Source of the DNA: Lama guanicoe
Lineage: Eukaryota
Reading direction: 5' to 3'
NCBI GenBank assembly: GCA_013239625.1
Contig: MU054187.1
Span: forward strand, 8,590,358-8,654,357
DNA: 64,000 nt
This document shows, piece after piece, positions 48,934 through 62,885 of this stretch. The number at the start of each line of letters is the position of its first letter. The first letter of the stretch is position 1. Below the pieces are notes generated by a model that saw only the letters and a list, made by a program, of their open reading frames with translations, did no database searches and was not told the origin of the DNA. Position numbers and translations under genes: made by a program.

Positions 48934-49441
48934 TGTCTTAGTTTGGCTTCTCCCCAAAACAGAGCCTGAGGTAAAGTCCCAGGTATAGTTTGTTTGCATT
49001 TGATCCCAGGAAGTGGTAGTGAGTTGGTGGGAACAATGAGACAGGGGAATGCAAAAAGCCAATAAAAGGTATGTTAATGAACCGGTTACTGCTCAAGACA
49101 GCCAGAGCTCAACACCTCTGGGAGCCCTCTGAGGAGCATGCAGAACGTGCCTCAAGGTTGTCCCACCTACGGACAGGAAGACTGGAGCGTTTAGCACCCC
49201 CGCCCTGCCCCATTGTTTTGACAGTTGCCCCCAACGTGTCCACTTCATGTCTACACTTCAGTGATGACTGGGCTATGGAGACTGCTCCAAGGATGCAAAG
49301 CAGAGAAACAGAGTGGTTGTGCGTGGTAGGGGACCCTGTGCATGGAGCTATCTGCCACCCCTGTGCTGAAAGGAGGCCGCTGAGGAGAGGTGGAGCCGTG
49401 CGAGGGAAAGCCTGGACCGCCCACTCCGGTCTGTCTGGGAC
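48934..49441 (-). mobile_element. LTR33-like ERVL solo LTR
   Basis: 'tgtcttagtttggcttctccccaaaacagagcctgag...tgatcccaggaag...gagacagggg...aagccaataaaaggtatgttaatga' matches reverse-complement LTR33 as recalled. Confidence 0.8.
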
Positions 49442-50294
49442 TAGGCCTGAGTCTGGTCATCTCCATTTTTAATTCATACCAGTAACCAGAAATATTATGA
49501 TTCAAGTAGACCCCAGGAAAAATAGATTAATGGCCTCTCTGTTCTGTCTTCCCTGGTTATGAAGATCAAGTAGAACATTCTATTTCAAAATTGTTACTTA
49601 TTGAAAGGTAGGCCAGTTAAGACTGTACCAACAGAAGGCAATTAGCTTTTGAACAGGATGGATGATAGAAACTTACCCTGCAAACATCAAACACTGAGAC
49701 CATCTTCCAAAGATAACCGGAGACTCAGTTCACCAAGAGTTTCTACCTGTGGGAGGTAGAGCTCACACCAAGACAGGCCTCCTTTCCCCAGTTTAGAAGG
49801 TTTGTGGTCCCCCTTTCTAGCCCTACCTTAGGAACCACGTTAAAGCGATTTGCTTTTAAAAACGAATCTCTGACTCAGAACGGAACATGGCGGTCAGCAT
49901 CTGTGGACACATGAGGGGAAAAGCCAGTTTCACCGCGTGAAATGTTGCGGCTGTTTTGAGCAGTTCGTTTTCATTTTAAGTTCCATTGGAAAGCCTTGTA
50001 TGTCTTGTTTCTGCTTGGAGATAACTTCAAAGGCGGGACTGGGATTAGAGGCACTGGGAAAAGATAAAATGTCCTTGCACGGAGAGTGCAGCCAACATTG
50101 TATCCATACTCCTGCGATAAACTGCTGAGCCCTGAGCTCAGTGTGGTCACGTTTTCCATGCCTGAGCTGAGGCCAGTCTGCCGGCAGTCACGCGGTTCTC
50201 ACATGGCGACACTCCACAGATGCCAGCAGAATGTCAGGTGTTTCTGGCTCGTTTCCTTTGATTCTGAGTGCCATGTTGCCTGTACACAGGCATG

Positions 50295-50344
50295 CCACAC
50301 GTGTGTGCACACACACGCACACACACGTGCACACACACACACAC
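50295..50344. repeat. Imperfect (CA)n / alternating purine-pyrimidine microsatellite
   Basis: 'cacacgtgtgtgcacacacacgcacacacacgtgcacacacacacac'. Confidence 0.85.
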
Positions 50345-52824
50345 CCCTTTGTCATATTATAATGGCACTGCTATCATCCACCCCATCCCAGCAGGTCCAT
50401 TAGAATGACCTTATTGCTGCCTCTGTGGAGACTTATAATAATTTATCAATTAACATTTAACATTGAGGTTTTTATTTTCAAAATTTCAAACTGAATAAGA
50501 GTTTTTTTTTGCAAGCCTACATGGATTGTTTTGAGCAAAAACATGTTTTGAACGTGTTAGATTAGGGCTCGTTTTCCACTCCTATCATTTTTTTTTTAAG
50601 TTTGGTTTCTCTGAAATGGATTTTGTAGCAAATATTTTATACTGAAAACTAATATTCTTATGTATGATTCAAAGCATACAACTGCAAAAAAGGTAAACAA
50701 TTTTGTTTTTCCCATTTCAAAAGTGATATATGCCATCATACTTAAAAAAAATCTATTGCTTTCTTATCGTGTAATATATTACATAATTTCACACGGTAAA
50801 AAATTAATTCTTTAAATGTTTAAAAAATTTATTAAATGTGTCTCCTCATTAGAGCTATTGAATCATTGAGTTTACACCATGCATTTTTCAACAGTTCACC
50901 CTTTTAAATCAACTCAAGTTATATAGATATTTGCTATTACTTTGCAACTGGTACTGAGCAAAGTAAATGGAAAATGAAATCAAAGTGACACATTCAAATA
51001 GTTATGACAAATGCAACTGTATCCACAAATGAACCACACGTCTAGCCAAACCTTATTCTCAACCCCCAGCTTTGAGCGAGAAAGGCATGTCTGTTTCAAC
51101 TCTGTATTTCCTTTATTCAAAACTTAATGGCACACAAATATTTGTAATTCAGTGCACACAGTATTTACAAATATAAATACAATATGGTCTACCTTTATCT
51201 TCTAGACCCTTATATGGAGTGAGCTCTTTAGGCACACTGTATATAAAATGGATGGCAGATGGCAATTGGATAAAACTAATATACTGTCTGGCTCACAAAT
51301 GAAGAAAAGTATCTAATGAGTACTATCTACCATCCCCTCCCTCAGGATGTTGCCATTACAGAAGATATGGTTTCAATAAATATAATGAATTATTTTCATG
51401 ATAAACATACCATTGCCAATTTTTTTTCACAAAGCAATGTTTACGTAAATATACCCCAAAAGCAAGGAGAAATACATTCAGCTTTAAATTAAATTCACTC
51501 TGAAGCCCAGAGGCACAATGATGTTTTAGAAGACTTTCCTTTAATGTTCAAATAAATAAGCATCTGTAAATTCGATCAAAACATCTACAATCTTCTGAGA
51601 GACCAGAATTAAAAACCAGACTCTCTTTTTTGGGTGTTTTGGTACAGGTCATAATTTTGACAGAACACCAAGCTCCAATTTCTGAGTAACCCAAATTAAA
51701 ATATAGCAATAGCAAATCCATTATTACAGAGTATTAAATTATTACAAAATTTCTTATATCTTGGAAAGAAGAGTTGAGATGTGTTCCTATTTTCTTATTC
51801 CTAAACAAGAGAAAGAAGGAAACATGCCCGCCTACGCGTCACTCCTACACTCATTTTAAGCTTGCTCGCCACAGAATGGTCAGTCTATAAACAATATCTT
51901 TTGAGAAGAATTCTCTTCAGGCTGATTACAGTAAAGGACAGGTGGAGATAAGGACACTGAAAAAATTGACTTGAATTTTGCAAGCAGTTAAATTTAATTT
52001 AGCGAGAAAATACCGAGCAACCACTAGATGCCAAGCAATTTTTAGAGTCTGAAATACAAAGGTGAATAGGACACAGACATGTTCTCAGGGAACTCACACG
52101 TATCCTCTCTCTCTAGATTTTGTTAATGAATGATGCTTGGATAAAGAATAGATTGCAGGAAGGATGCAACGCAAAGGAGAACCTTGTGCTGTGTACAAGT
52201 TAGAACCAGCTCCTGATCTCTTCTAGTAGAAGAGACTGTCCTACACACAAGGCGCCCAGAACATCCATTCACTCACACACTCTCGTTTGTCGATTATTGT
52301 ATCTTAGGTAACATTTCATAAATTCATTCTTAAACAATTTGGACTATTTGGAATTTTTTTTATAAAGTCTAGCTGCAGTTAAACTTCTTTTAGCATACTC
52401 TTCATGGACGGAGTACTGCAAATTCTATAAACAAAATTGTATTGGGATTCTTAACAAGTTCTTAGAGGACAAACTGATTTTAAACACATGAGAAATATTG
52501 TACTTTTCAGACAATTGATAAATTCCGTTCCAAAATTCTAATCGTTTAGCAAAACAGATCTCTTAAGGAAATTTATTGTATGAGAAATCATTAGTCCAGA
52601 CATTAATGATTAGATAACATTTTCTGAACAAAAATTCAGTAATATCCCCCCTATTTGTGGGGATTATTTGTTTCTGCTTTTGACTTTGGCATAATTAAAT
52701 AAGTCTTTGTTGTAAATTGAAGATTAAAATTTTTCTCTTCTCCGCACTAAATGGTCAATTAAATAGGACTATCTCTGCATTTCTAAAGGTAACTTCTCTG
52801 AGGGGAAGGGGTACTTGGGACCAT

Positions 52825-53050
52825 GTAGGAAGCTAATCGTGGGTTCTGGACCCCAATTTCATCATTTATGATTGCTGTCACTGGGGCAAGTTACTTAGAC
52901 TCTCGACCTTGACCTTCTTATCCATAAAATGCAGTGGTAACAGTTCTTATCAATGATACTTGTTTTGAGGAGTCAATGAGAGCACACGTGTTAGCTCCTA
53001 CCACAGTGGCCGACAAGCAGTGGGCACAGAACTAACACTAACAATTGAGA
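52825..53050 (+). mobile_element. MIR
   Basis: 'gtcactggggcaagttacttagactctcgaccttgaccttcttatccataaaatg'. Confidence 0.75.
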
Positions 53051-53329
53051 TTCATTTTTATTCTGTTTTAGGTCAATCAGTTATAAAATCTAACATTTCT
53101 TCTGGGAACAAAAATAATGTGTTATTGTAGAAGCGCTGGAAAAGTAAGTAGAGTACAGTAAAAAATGAACCATGCTTGGCCAGATTTTATATATCATATT
53201 AAAATTGTTGAACACATATTACTCTAATTTTCACATTATCAATGAAATAATATTAACTACTTTGTATGAAATGGAAACTAGCATCCCCTCTAATTCAAAT
53301 AGTAATAGATAATCTTATTTAACAACTTT

Positions 53330-54065
53330 GTCAATACACTTTTAGATTATTTTCTTATGCAGATAGGATTTTTTTGTAAAATTATTTATTGGATAGAGCT
53401 TACTCTTTAAATAAATATTTCACTTAGAGTTTCTTATATTATTAAATAATATAAAAGCATGACTTCTAGTGGCTCTGTAGTAGTCTATTTTATAAATACC
53501 AACCTCTTTTTCCAAATTACTCTTAAAAGAAATTTAAATTGTTTGCAAATTTTCTCCTATAAAAATCATTTATATTTAGTTGTACTCATTGTGTTGCTTT
53601 AATTTTTTAACTGCTGAATGTTTGATTCATCTTAAAATAAAACATTTAGAGAGCATGCATTTGATTGTCTCTTTCACATGAATTTCTAGAAACAGAATTA
53701 TTTAGTCAATAACAAAGGTAATGTTTAAGTTTTTGACATATGTTGCCCAACTACCCCTAACAAATTCTACCAATCTTCATGCCTAATTATATCACCATAC
53801 CTTACCACAAAGTGTTATCGCTTTTGTAATTGCCAATTTGGCAAAGTAAAGTTGTATAGAATTTATAAATTTGCACTTTATTGATTACTAAGTTCAACAT
53901 ATTTTTACTTCTTAATTGAGTTTTATTTTTCTGTGTACGTTTGTTAATGTTCTTTGTTCATTTTCCTGTTGAGACATTCATTTTTATATTAATAATTTAC
54001 AAAAACTCTTTACATACTAATTACTTAATTTTACCATATGTAAACTGGAAGCATTTTGCTTGTTT
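53330..54065 (-). mobile_element. Highly diverged L1ME 3'/ORF2 region
   Basis: T-rich antisense L1 motifs 'tttaaattgtttgcaaattttctc', 'tttgacatatgttgcccaact', 'ttgccaatttg', 'tttgttcattttcctgttg'. Confidence 0.65.
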
Positions 54066-54496
54066 TAGTCTGTCTGCTGTTGAGCATCACATTGTTAAAA
54101 CAAGTGTATCTACAATATTATTTTAAAATTTCAACTGGCAAAGTAATCATTTTGCACATACAATAATAGGTAAATCTGCAGCTTTTTGTGATTACATTGA
54201 ATTTATCAATGTTATGTAGATAATTAACAGATTTTCAATGTTGAATTTTGGAAATACACCTCAAACTGCCTTCCAGCTTGTGATCTCAGAGTAGTATTCC
54301 ACATAGCATTCCCAGGGTGAGTAAGGCGATCTAAGAGAGGTTCACCACGGTCTGGCTGCGTGATACCAGTCCAAGAGACAGTGCTCATGGTACCCTCGCC
54401 ATTCAAAACCAAACAACAATAGGCTGAACACATGCAACCACACACAGATGCCCATACACGCACACACATGCGCGTACATGCTGAGAAACTAGGTCT

Positions 54497-55680
54497 AGTA
54501 AAGTTTGGCAGTTTCTTAAAAAAAGAAAGTAACTATGTAACTACAATGTGACCCAGCATTTGTAATCCTGGTTATTGCTGAAACATAAAGACTATGTTCA
54601 CACATAACCCTGTACATGAGTGTTGATAGCAACTTTATTCCTAATAGCTCAGAACTGCAAGTAATCCAGCTGTCCTTCAACAAGTGAATGGTTAAATGAA
54701 CTATAGTTTATCTATACCACGGAAGACCACTGAGCAGCAAAAGGGAACAGACTGTTGATGCACACGTGTTGGAGGGCGGATGGTACAAAAGTGCTCCCTG
54801 AGCTGAGAAGCCATCTTGAGACTGAGAAATCAAGGCAGTCAGCTCCCTATAATCAATGGATCAGTTTATTGTAGGGTAACTGAATCACAGGGTGGGATCA
54901 GTGCACAATGATCTGGAAGTATTCAAAGCTGCACTCCACACTGCCAAGAGGCCACTGGGACAATTTTATACTTAACCTAGGGTATGGGGGTGTATGCTTG
55001 GAGGCAGGAAGTGCATTCCTAAGTCAAGACTTATGAATGGGTAACTAGTCTTGTTGGTGCCGGAAATATGTCGGCAAGGGTCTTAATCATTGTTTGGGAA
55101 CTAACAGAGCATCAAGGCCACCTGGTCCTAGTGATTAAAAAGTATCTATCAAAACTACAAGGCCCTAGACGACAGAGAAGTGATTCAGCACAAGGGACAG
55201 TCCTGGGTAGGGTCAGCAGAAGGACAAGAGGAATTGTATGGACCCAAGATGGCGTCACTTACGCTAACAGCCATACAACACAAGAACACGGATGAGTCTC
55301 CAGAACATTATGCTAAATGAAAAAAGCCATCTCACTTACAAACTGTATGATTCCATTTATATAAATTCTTTAAATGACAAAACTATAAACATCAACAATA
55401 GATTGACAGGGACCCAGTTAAGGAGACCCGGTTAATCAGAGGGTGAAAGGCAAATGGATGTGGCTAAAGGGGGGCAGTGTTAGAGAGCCTGTGGTGATGG
55501 AAATGTGCTGTATCTTGCCTGCGTCGTGGTCAGTATCCTGGTTGTAATCTTGTACTATAGTTTTGCAAGTGTCTGCTTGGGGAAAACTGGTGAAAAGATA
55601 TACAGGATCTCTCTGTATTATTTCCTACAACTGCATGTGAATGTAAACTTACCTCAAAATAAAAAGTTTATTTAAAAAAC
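54497..55680 (+). mobile_element. L1MD-type 3' end, split by a solo LTR
   Basis: 'tttggcagtttcttaaaaa...tgtccttcaacaagtgaatggttaaat'; resumes 'ggatgagtctccagaacattatgctaaatgaaaaaagcc'; ends 'ggatctctctgtattatttcctacaactgcatgtgaat...aaaataaaaagttt'. Confidence 0.9.
54767..55277 (-). mobile_element. Solo LTR, probably ERVL class (511 bp, 5-bp TSD)
   Basis: TG...CA termini; TSD acacg (54762-54766) / acaca (55278-55282); minus-strand TATAAAA (54964-54970) and AATAAA (54865-54870). Confidence 0.85.
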
Positions 55681-58149
55681 AAACTAAGCCCCTCCCCCCA
55701 AAAGGACACTATAATATGTTTTACAATCTCAAATGACCAAACAAAATCAGGAAAACTTAAAATCATAGTAATGAATATTAAAGAATTTTATGTGTGTATA
55801 ATTTTAACAATCACTGCATCATTTCAAGGCAACTATCCTGCAGTATCTTTAAGGGTTTGCAGTTATGGGGTTCTAGAAAATGTGCATTTGTTTTAATTTG
55901 AGTCAATGACTTAGAGCTTTCCACTCTAACTTTTTTCAGAGCCTGTGTTCCAGCCATTAGGTTAGATGATTGGCTGAGTCAGGATATCAAATGAGCATAA
56001 GTAGCTCAGGTATAATCGTGTGTTAAATCTATACGGACCTCCTTAGGCAGGTGTCACTGTGTACGCAAGCGTATAAGAACCTATCTGCATTTTCATTTGA
56101 TGTCTGAAACATCCATAATCATAATTCTCCATCCCTTTTAAAATAAAAGATATTTTGCAGCTCTAAAATTCTGTAACTGAATGTATCAATCAGTGTTGAG
56201 TATCGATGTGAAAAAAGAGGTAAAAACTGCAACTGATCCAGCAGGATCTTTCCAAAAGTACTACCTTTTTAATTTAGTGAGGAACAATAAGTAAGCGATA
56301 TGAAGAAGGTCATTTTATTTCACATTTTAACTCTGCTGATTAGTCAGAAAGGGGAAGGCATGGGGACTTAATTCTGATAAACTAAGTGGAGAAACAAATA
56401 GACATTTTAAATTGTGTGAGAAGAGACAGAAGAATCATTACCACAGCAATTCTCAAAAGAAAAAATCAGGAGTTTAATAAAAGTATAAAGGAACTAGTTA
56501 AAGGCTTTAGTGCCATTGCCAGAAATGGCAGAGATGGAAAGAGAAGCTGTTTACAAGAAACATTTCGGGAACTCTAGGGTGACATTTATCAGTTCTGAAA
56601 ATAAGGGGAAAAAAATCATCCTAAAAAGAGAAGAAAGTGACAGTTAAATATATGTCTTCCTGAAGTCTTGTTTTATTTAACATTTTGAAATGTGAGTAAA
56701 ATAAAAAGCTATAAATAGTAATATATTCTAGATACAAGTATTCCCCTGGAAAGTTGTATATGTGGGTTTATGCAATTATTTCCATTAAATGTTTCTTCTT
56801 TTAAGAAAACAAGCTTAATTGCATCATGTGCTTAGCATAAAACTTGCTTTTAGAGAAATTCTTGTCCATCGACAAACACTGTCATAAACAAGATGTTTCA
56901 TAATCACCAGCTAATTAGGGATAGATAACCACTACCTAAATTAGGTACATAGTTTCAGTGGGAATTAATCAGTTTACAACCATGCACACTTTTCAAAGCA
57001 AAATATTTGATGAATTCTTAGCCTGTGTCACAAACGGGTCTGATACTGTCCCCTCTGGTTGCATATTTACGCTTTTCTTTTCCCCTTTTCTCATGCAGAA
57101 GGCAACAGATCTTATGTCTAGCATAGTCTTTCTTTTCTTTGTATTACTTTTTTCCTCCTAAATACGAACGTATATAGCTTTTCCTTCTACGTTGTGCACT
57201 ACATTTATCATAATACTTTTCTATACTGTGGCAGAATCCTGCAAATAAAGGGTAATGATAGCATTTATAGGCATCCAAGTTACAATGGAATCATGCCTGA
57301 AACATTTCTGCTCAACTTCCCATTAAAATTGCCATGAAGATATCAAGAAAGACGAAAACTGGCAACTGCATCAGACAGTAGCTCTCAGAGAAGATGACAT
57401 ATGAAGTGCAGGTGGATGTGCACTAATTGCAATGTTCAGATGACTTCATCAACACATTTCTGGACTACAGACCATCATGTACTCTCACCTCCGAATCAAG
57501 CAGAACAGTTCACTTCGAAGGAGCTGGGGGGAACCATTGTGACTTGACTCCAGATTGTTCAAAGAACTGGAAACTGTGTCTAACTATCTAGGCGGATCAG
57601 AAAATCCTATAACTGAATCAGAAGATCGATCTTCAATCCAGGAGACTTGCATTAGAAGAATGACAACTAGCCAATGTAAATTCCACCAGCTTGAAACTTC
57701 AGGTTTATATATGAGAGGGGAATTAATCTAGCACAAGTCTGTAGTAAAGGAATTTAGACGGCTCTACCGCGTCTGTTGGAAACGCAAGAAATATAGGTCT
57801 TCCTTTCCAATATGTGTAAACAGCAAAGAATTACCCACTTTGCAGACAGGTAAGACAAAAGAATCATTGCTCTGAAGGTTAAGAGGATCATATTTCCAAT
57901 TCTTATTTTCTTTAAAAAAAAGAGATGAAAATGTTAGAAGAAATCTGATTGATGCCCTCCAGATATCACAGGAGAATGTGGACCCTGTAGAAAAAAACAA
58001 GAAACCTAAATGGAAAAAAGAGTCATGAAAAAGAGATTTTAAGTGAGCTGGCTGAACTATGAATGCAGATTTTAAGCTAAAATAGGAGAAAAAGACTTAA
58101 GAGACATAAAAATACAATATTAGGCTTTGATTCATAAAATGTTTTAGAA

Positions 58150-58878
58150 TCTAACGTGAATGATTTGATTATGTGTTAAGTGGATGACACTAAGAAATAA
58201 TTGTTCCCATTGTTACATGTGCATTATGAACATATAATAAATTTTCCATATTTCTAGGAGACGCGCAACAAAGAACAAAGAGGTGAAATGGCAGGATGCC
58301 TGGGATTTGTTTTAAAAAACTCCAGCCAGGAAATGAAAATGAGGGAATGGATGCAGGGCGCGAATGCAGTGAAACCACATTGTTGCAGAGGAGTGGCAGG
58401 TGGTACAAATGCAGATGCGCAGGCAGAGCTGGAGGACAGATGTTTCTGGGGGGTAATTCTTGTGAAAGATAAAGGGGGAGGAGGCAGGATTAGTCAGGCA
58501 AAGCCTGAGGTCTGTGACACACACCTGACCCCTGTGGGAGAATGGGCCGGGGAGCCGGGTGCAGACCTGATGGCTTCCATTGGAGAGTCCCCGCCCTGGG
58601 CAGAAGGGGCCAGGCCCTGGCACCCCGCTATGCTCGCTCACTGGCTGGAGGCTGCCCTGGCGCAGGAGGATCTTGGCACGGGTGCTGGGCAAGTCGCAGC
58701 CATGCTGCAGCTAGAGACTCCGCTGACCGCTCTCCTCCAGCGCAAGCAGTTTTCCTCCAGATGAGAGATGCGAAGGGCTCACCGCCCTAGCTATGTCACT
58801 GGTCCATGAGCCAGTATGCATGACCGTGTTGTATTTTTTTTAATATTTTGGAAATTTTAATTAAAAATGTTCAAAAAC
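58150..58878 (+). mobile_element. L1MC4/5-like 3' end, split by LTR16
   Basis: 'gaggtgaaatggcaggatgcctgggatttgttttaaaaaactccagc'; resumes after 58797 and ends 'ttttggaaattttaattaaaaatgttcaaaaa'. Confidence 0.7.
58381..58797 (-). mobile_element. LTR16-like ERVL solo LTR
   Basis: 'cttgtgaaagataaagggggaggaggcaggattagtcaggcaaagcc', 'gagtccccgccctgggcagaaggggccaggccctggcaccccg...ctcactggctggaggctgccc'. Confidence 0.78.
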
Positions 58879-60052
58879 AATAGCAGAATTAAAATATACC
58901 TTGGAAGCAAGAAAGCACAGACGACACTGCAGAAAATCAAATCGGTGGTAGAAGACAAACGTGGGATACTCAGCCGGAACATGGAAGACAACAGTGAAAC
59001 CAGAAGGAACCTTTGAGAGAAGAGAATTGCTTTTAAGGACAGAAAACCAAGAGAAAGGCTGCCTGCGAAGGCACAGAGATGATCATCGTAGGTAGTCAGC
59101 CTTCATGTTTCGTTTGAAGACTTCACAAGCTGAAGAGTGAGCTGAGCCCCAGGAAAAGTGAATGAAAAAAGCACACTCAGAATACAGTGAAACTTGTCTT
59201 TTGATGTCGTTTTTACAAAGAAAATAGAGCTCATTTATTTCTTTAAAATTATCTTTCCTTTCTCACAATTCACTGTGTAGTAAATTTAGTCCAATCTGGT
59301 GAAAACCCGAATCTGATTCACTAAGTCGAACAGTCTTTTTCAGTTTTAATTCAGTTAGTTTGGAACAAATTCTTTTCAGATTCTTCCCCAGCCCACCCCT
59401 CCACCTGCCACCTCACAGGGGCTTCCCTTCTTCCCACGACTGAGAAGGGCTTTGGGACCCACCTTGTTTCCTGTCAGTCCTTCAGGCTCTGGAGTGATAG
59501 CCTTTGCTTGGTTGTCATTACACTGCAGGTAAGGTGGCTGAAGTCAGGGGCCAAAAAAGGCGTGGTGAGGTTTCTCCTGGCTTCCTGGGACCCTTGGTTC
59601 TGTCTGGCTTCTTGGCCCTCATCTCAGCCAGAAGATCTCCCAGATTCCCCAGGGCCAGTCCCCTCTGCAGGTACCCTCAGCCTTTGCCACTGCTGGCCCC
59701 CAGGTCTCTCTCAAGTTAACTGAGTCCCCTGCCACAGTCCCCAGGAAAGCCCCGTCCTCCGCAGGCTCCTCCCTCCGCCCAGCACACCCCCCTCTTCCCT
59801 TTCCCTGAACAAAAAGGAATCCTGGGAGCAGCATCTGGCAACTTCCAAAGGAACCAAAATATGGCTCTTCTCAGTCTTCTTCTCAGCACAGACAGGAGCA
59901 GATTTTTGGTCAAAGAATTAGCTATCAAGTCAAGCTGTGCCACATGCAAAAACAGCAGGGACATGCCCAGATAAGGAAGGCCTTGAAGATGAACCCCCTC
60001 AGATGAAGTGAAGAAATATACCAGTGTTCCAAAAGATCTGTTCTAATAAACT

Positions 60053-60155
60053 TCTATGAAAACAAATATAGGTACATATATTTGTGACTGGGACATTGTG
60101 CTGTACAGTAGAAATTGACACATTGTAACTGATGGTACCTCAACTGAAAAAAAAA
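60053..60155 (+). mobile_element. Short lineage-specific (camelid-type) L1 3' end
   Basis: 'tgactgggacattgtgctgtacagtagaaattgacacattgtaactga...cctcaact' plus poly(A); matches the recalled alpaca/camel L1 3' terminus. Confidence 0.75.
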
Positions 60156-61387
60156 GAATGACGAAGTCAGATTACGTTAGACGTGATCCCTGGAACAGAT
60201 GAAATACATACCATAAAATATAAATGGCTATTGTGAATAAATAACACAACAGAATGCAAGTGTCAACGTCTCTTTTTAAAGCAAAATGTATTAAATTGTA
60301 TAATAATGTGATGGAACTATAATCCCAGATAAAATTTTAAAAGCTTGCAAAGGGGTTGGAGGTTGTGGGCAGAAAAGCCAGATTGTCTCATAACCTCTGA
60401 GGAAAGTTTTTATTTCTGTGAAGAGAAATTTAGGCAACTCTTACTTTCTCAAAAAAGAAATCAGATTTGGAAGCAAGTAGCTAAGGGTTACTGGATCAGT
60501 AAGTTGGAATGTCTTAAACATATATATTTAAATATATTTATAGGCTGGCTTGCCAAAGTCTATTCACTGATGTAAGTTGGTGTTGATTGAGTGAACAGCT
60601 TTAAAACTGGTTTGGGGGACTACTTGTTGCCATGGTTACAGAACAATCAGTTTTTTCTCCCTAGATTTGCAGGGACTGTTTTATTTTTCTTCCCTTTTGG
60701 TCTTCAGATAAAACTGCAAGAGAGATTATCAGTGATTGGCCGGATCTTCACCACACGTGAAGAATTCTTCTTGAAGATAAGCCTTTGTTTATAGACGTCA
60801 GGTTTTTAGTTTGAGAGATGATCAGTGTGATTTTATTCTGCTTTTGCTTGAATCATTTGTAGAATCGTCTGTCGGCACAATGACTCCCAAGAAGCTATTA
60901 AGACCCTATGCAACAACACTGAACAATAATGAGGTGAATTAGAAGCTGTATATTTTAGAAAGAGGGGCAAAGAAAATTTTCAACGATGTCCTGGGTCTAC
61001 GCGAAATAGCCAGATCGTCTTTTCCTGAGCTTAGCTATGGGCTGTTTTTTTCTCCTGTGTGTGTTAATTCAGGCAGCAGTAGCACAGATCCCTCCCTAGT
61101 TGACTGAAAGAAAATCCATGGATGTTTTATTATCCATAACTACTTCAGTTAAGGAATTTAAACTGGTCCGTTATATCTTTAAGCTGTCCTAATTACTATG
61201 CCAGCCAATATGAGGGAACAAATTTTTGATGACAACCTCAAATGACTCCTCCTTAGGATGGAGTCACTATCACCAAGAGTCTTTTCTCAAAAAAGGTTGG
61301 GGCGGGGGGAGTCCGATCCCTTTGGACTCGCTGTAGAGAGATTTTAGTCCAGTGAGGGTGTAGTCACATTTCTGCAATAACTTAACT

Positions 61388-61556
61388 CAAGGGTTGACAA
61401 ACTGTGGCCTGCAGGCCAAATCCAGACCACAAGCTAAGAGTGGTCTTTACATTTTTTTACAGTGTGTTTCAAAAACAAAACAAAACAAAACAAAAAAGAA
61501 TATATGACAGAGAGTGTGTGCGTCTCCCCTTTACAGGAAGTAGTTGCTTGCTCCTG
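61388..61556. mobile_element. MER58-family hAT-Charlie element with internal (CAAAA)n
   Basis: 'caagggttgacaaactgtggcctgcaggccaaatcca...caagctaagagtggtctttacatttt...cctttacaggaagtagttgcttgctcctg'. Confidence 0.8.
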
Positions 61557-62739
61557 GCCTAGCTAATGGCCATATCAATGCGAAGACATTTTACTTACAG
61601 CGTGAACGTAGGCAAGTTATCGTTTATCAGTAAGGGGAACGTTGTAGACTAAGTCAGAAGTGTCATAACTTTAAACTAGTAGAGGATGAGGGAAATGATA
61701 GTAAGTGAGCGTTTCCATAGAGAAGAATCTTGTTCCAATGGGTTTTGGGCAGACGCTCTCTGCTCCACGTGACCCTCAGTTTGTTCTTGCATCCGCCAGC
61801 CGCTTCTGAGGACCACCTCCTCCTGGAGACTCTGGAGAACTTCTGTTTAGGCTCTCACGGTTGTAACGTTCCATATATGTTAAATTCCTTTCATCTTCCC
61901 AGAGGATTGGAAGTGGTGGAGACAGATTTCTGAGTTGAGAGCAAAGCCTTGCAAAATGAAATTACATAGATGACTTTCAGTGTGCCCCATCTAACTGGAC
62001 CGATCAGTTGCAATGTCTAAGCAGGAAACACAGAAGCCAGTAGCATTTTAGCCATTGTAAATCTCATGATTTTCAGCAGAAAAATGCTTGGATTCATTCA
62101 GGAAAAAAACAAGTTTACTGTTATTAGTACATATTTAGACTCCATTGAGGCAGGCAGCTAAAATCTACTCAGAAGTATCCAAGCGGTGCTTTAGGCATAG
62201 AAGCAGTCCACGCTCTACCACTACGGTTTTCCAGATTAATTTACTACAGCTACAGCATGAGCTGCCTCTGTCCTCTGCTAGCCTACAGAAGGGTCCTGAC
62301 CAGTGTTTAACCTCATAGCAAATTTGTCCTGATGTGATGTTTTGTTTCATGGAAGATTTTTTTCAAATGGACATGTGAAATTTTATTCAGTGCTTCCGGG
62401 TGGTTTCTCAGGTTTTGCCAGTGCTTAATCTATAAATCATACAACCTAGTCATTTCTAGAGTCTGTTTGCATAATTTGGTAGGACATTTTCTGTGTATTT
62501 ATCATGGACTAATTATTAAACTTCTCCAGGGACTTACTATTTCTGTCTTTGTCTTAAATGAAGCCCTTGTATAGGGACCTCACTTAAAACAGTTTGCTTA
62601 GCATGATAGTTGTTAAAGTACTTATATAGTATTTTTAAATTATTTTTATATTATTCCCAAAGTATCTAAATTGTATTTTTAAATATTTGATAAGATCTAG
62701 AGTATAGCACACTGCTTTCTATAGTTCCTTTTTTTTCTG

Positions 62740-62885
62740 TCTTTAATTTTTAAAAACAGCTTTATTAAGGTATAGTTCACATAAAATGTATCCATTTTAA
62801 GTATACAATTCAATGGCTTTAGATACACGTGTTGAGTTGTGCAACTACCATCATGATTTAGTTTTAGAACTCTTCTGAGAATCCA
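62740..62885 (-). mobile_element. L1MB-type 3' end fragment
   Basis: 'acagctttattaaggtatagttcacataaaatgtatccattttaagtatacaattcaatg...gttgtgcaactaccatca'. Confidence 0.85.

Larger units (their letters stand above)
57280..59200 (+). mobile_element. HAL1/old L1 ORF1-like element, fragmented by nested insertions
   Basis: A-rich coiled-coil-like coding remnants at 57910-58130 and 58880-59200 ('aatagcagaattaaaatataccttggaag...gacactgcagaaaatcaaatc'). Confidence 0.55.

Noticed and set aside
52018..52036. CTCF-like site CCACTAGATGCCAA (and weaker ones near 6855 and 14605)
   Set aside because: Mismatch at a core G of the motif, and it lies in an L2-like remnant
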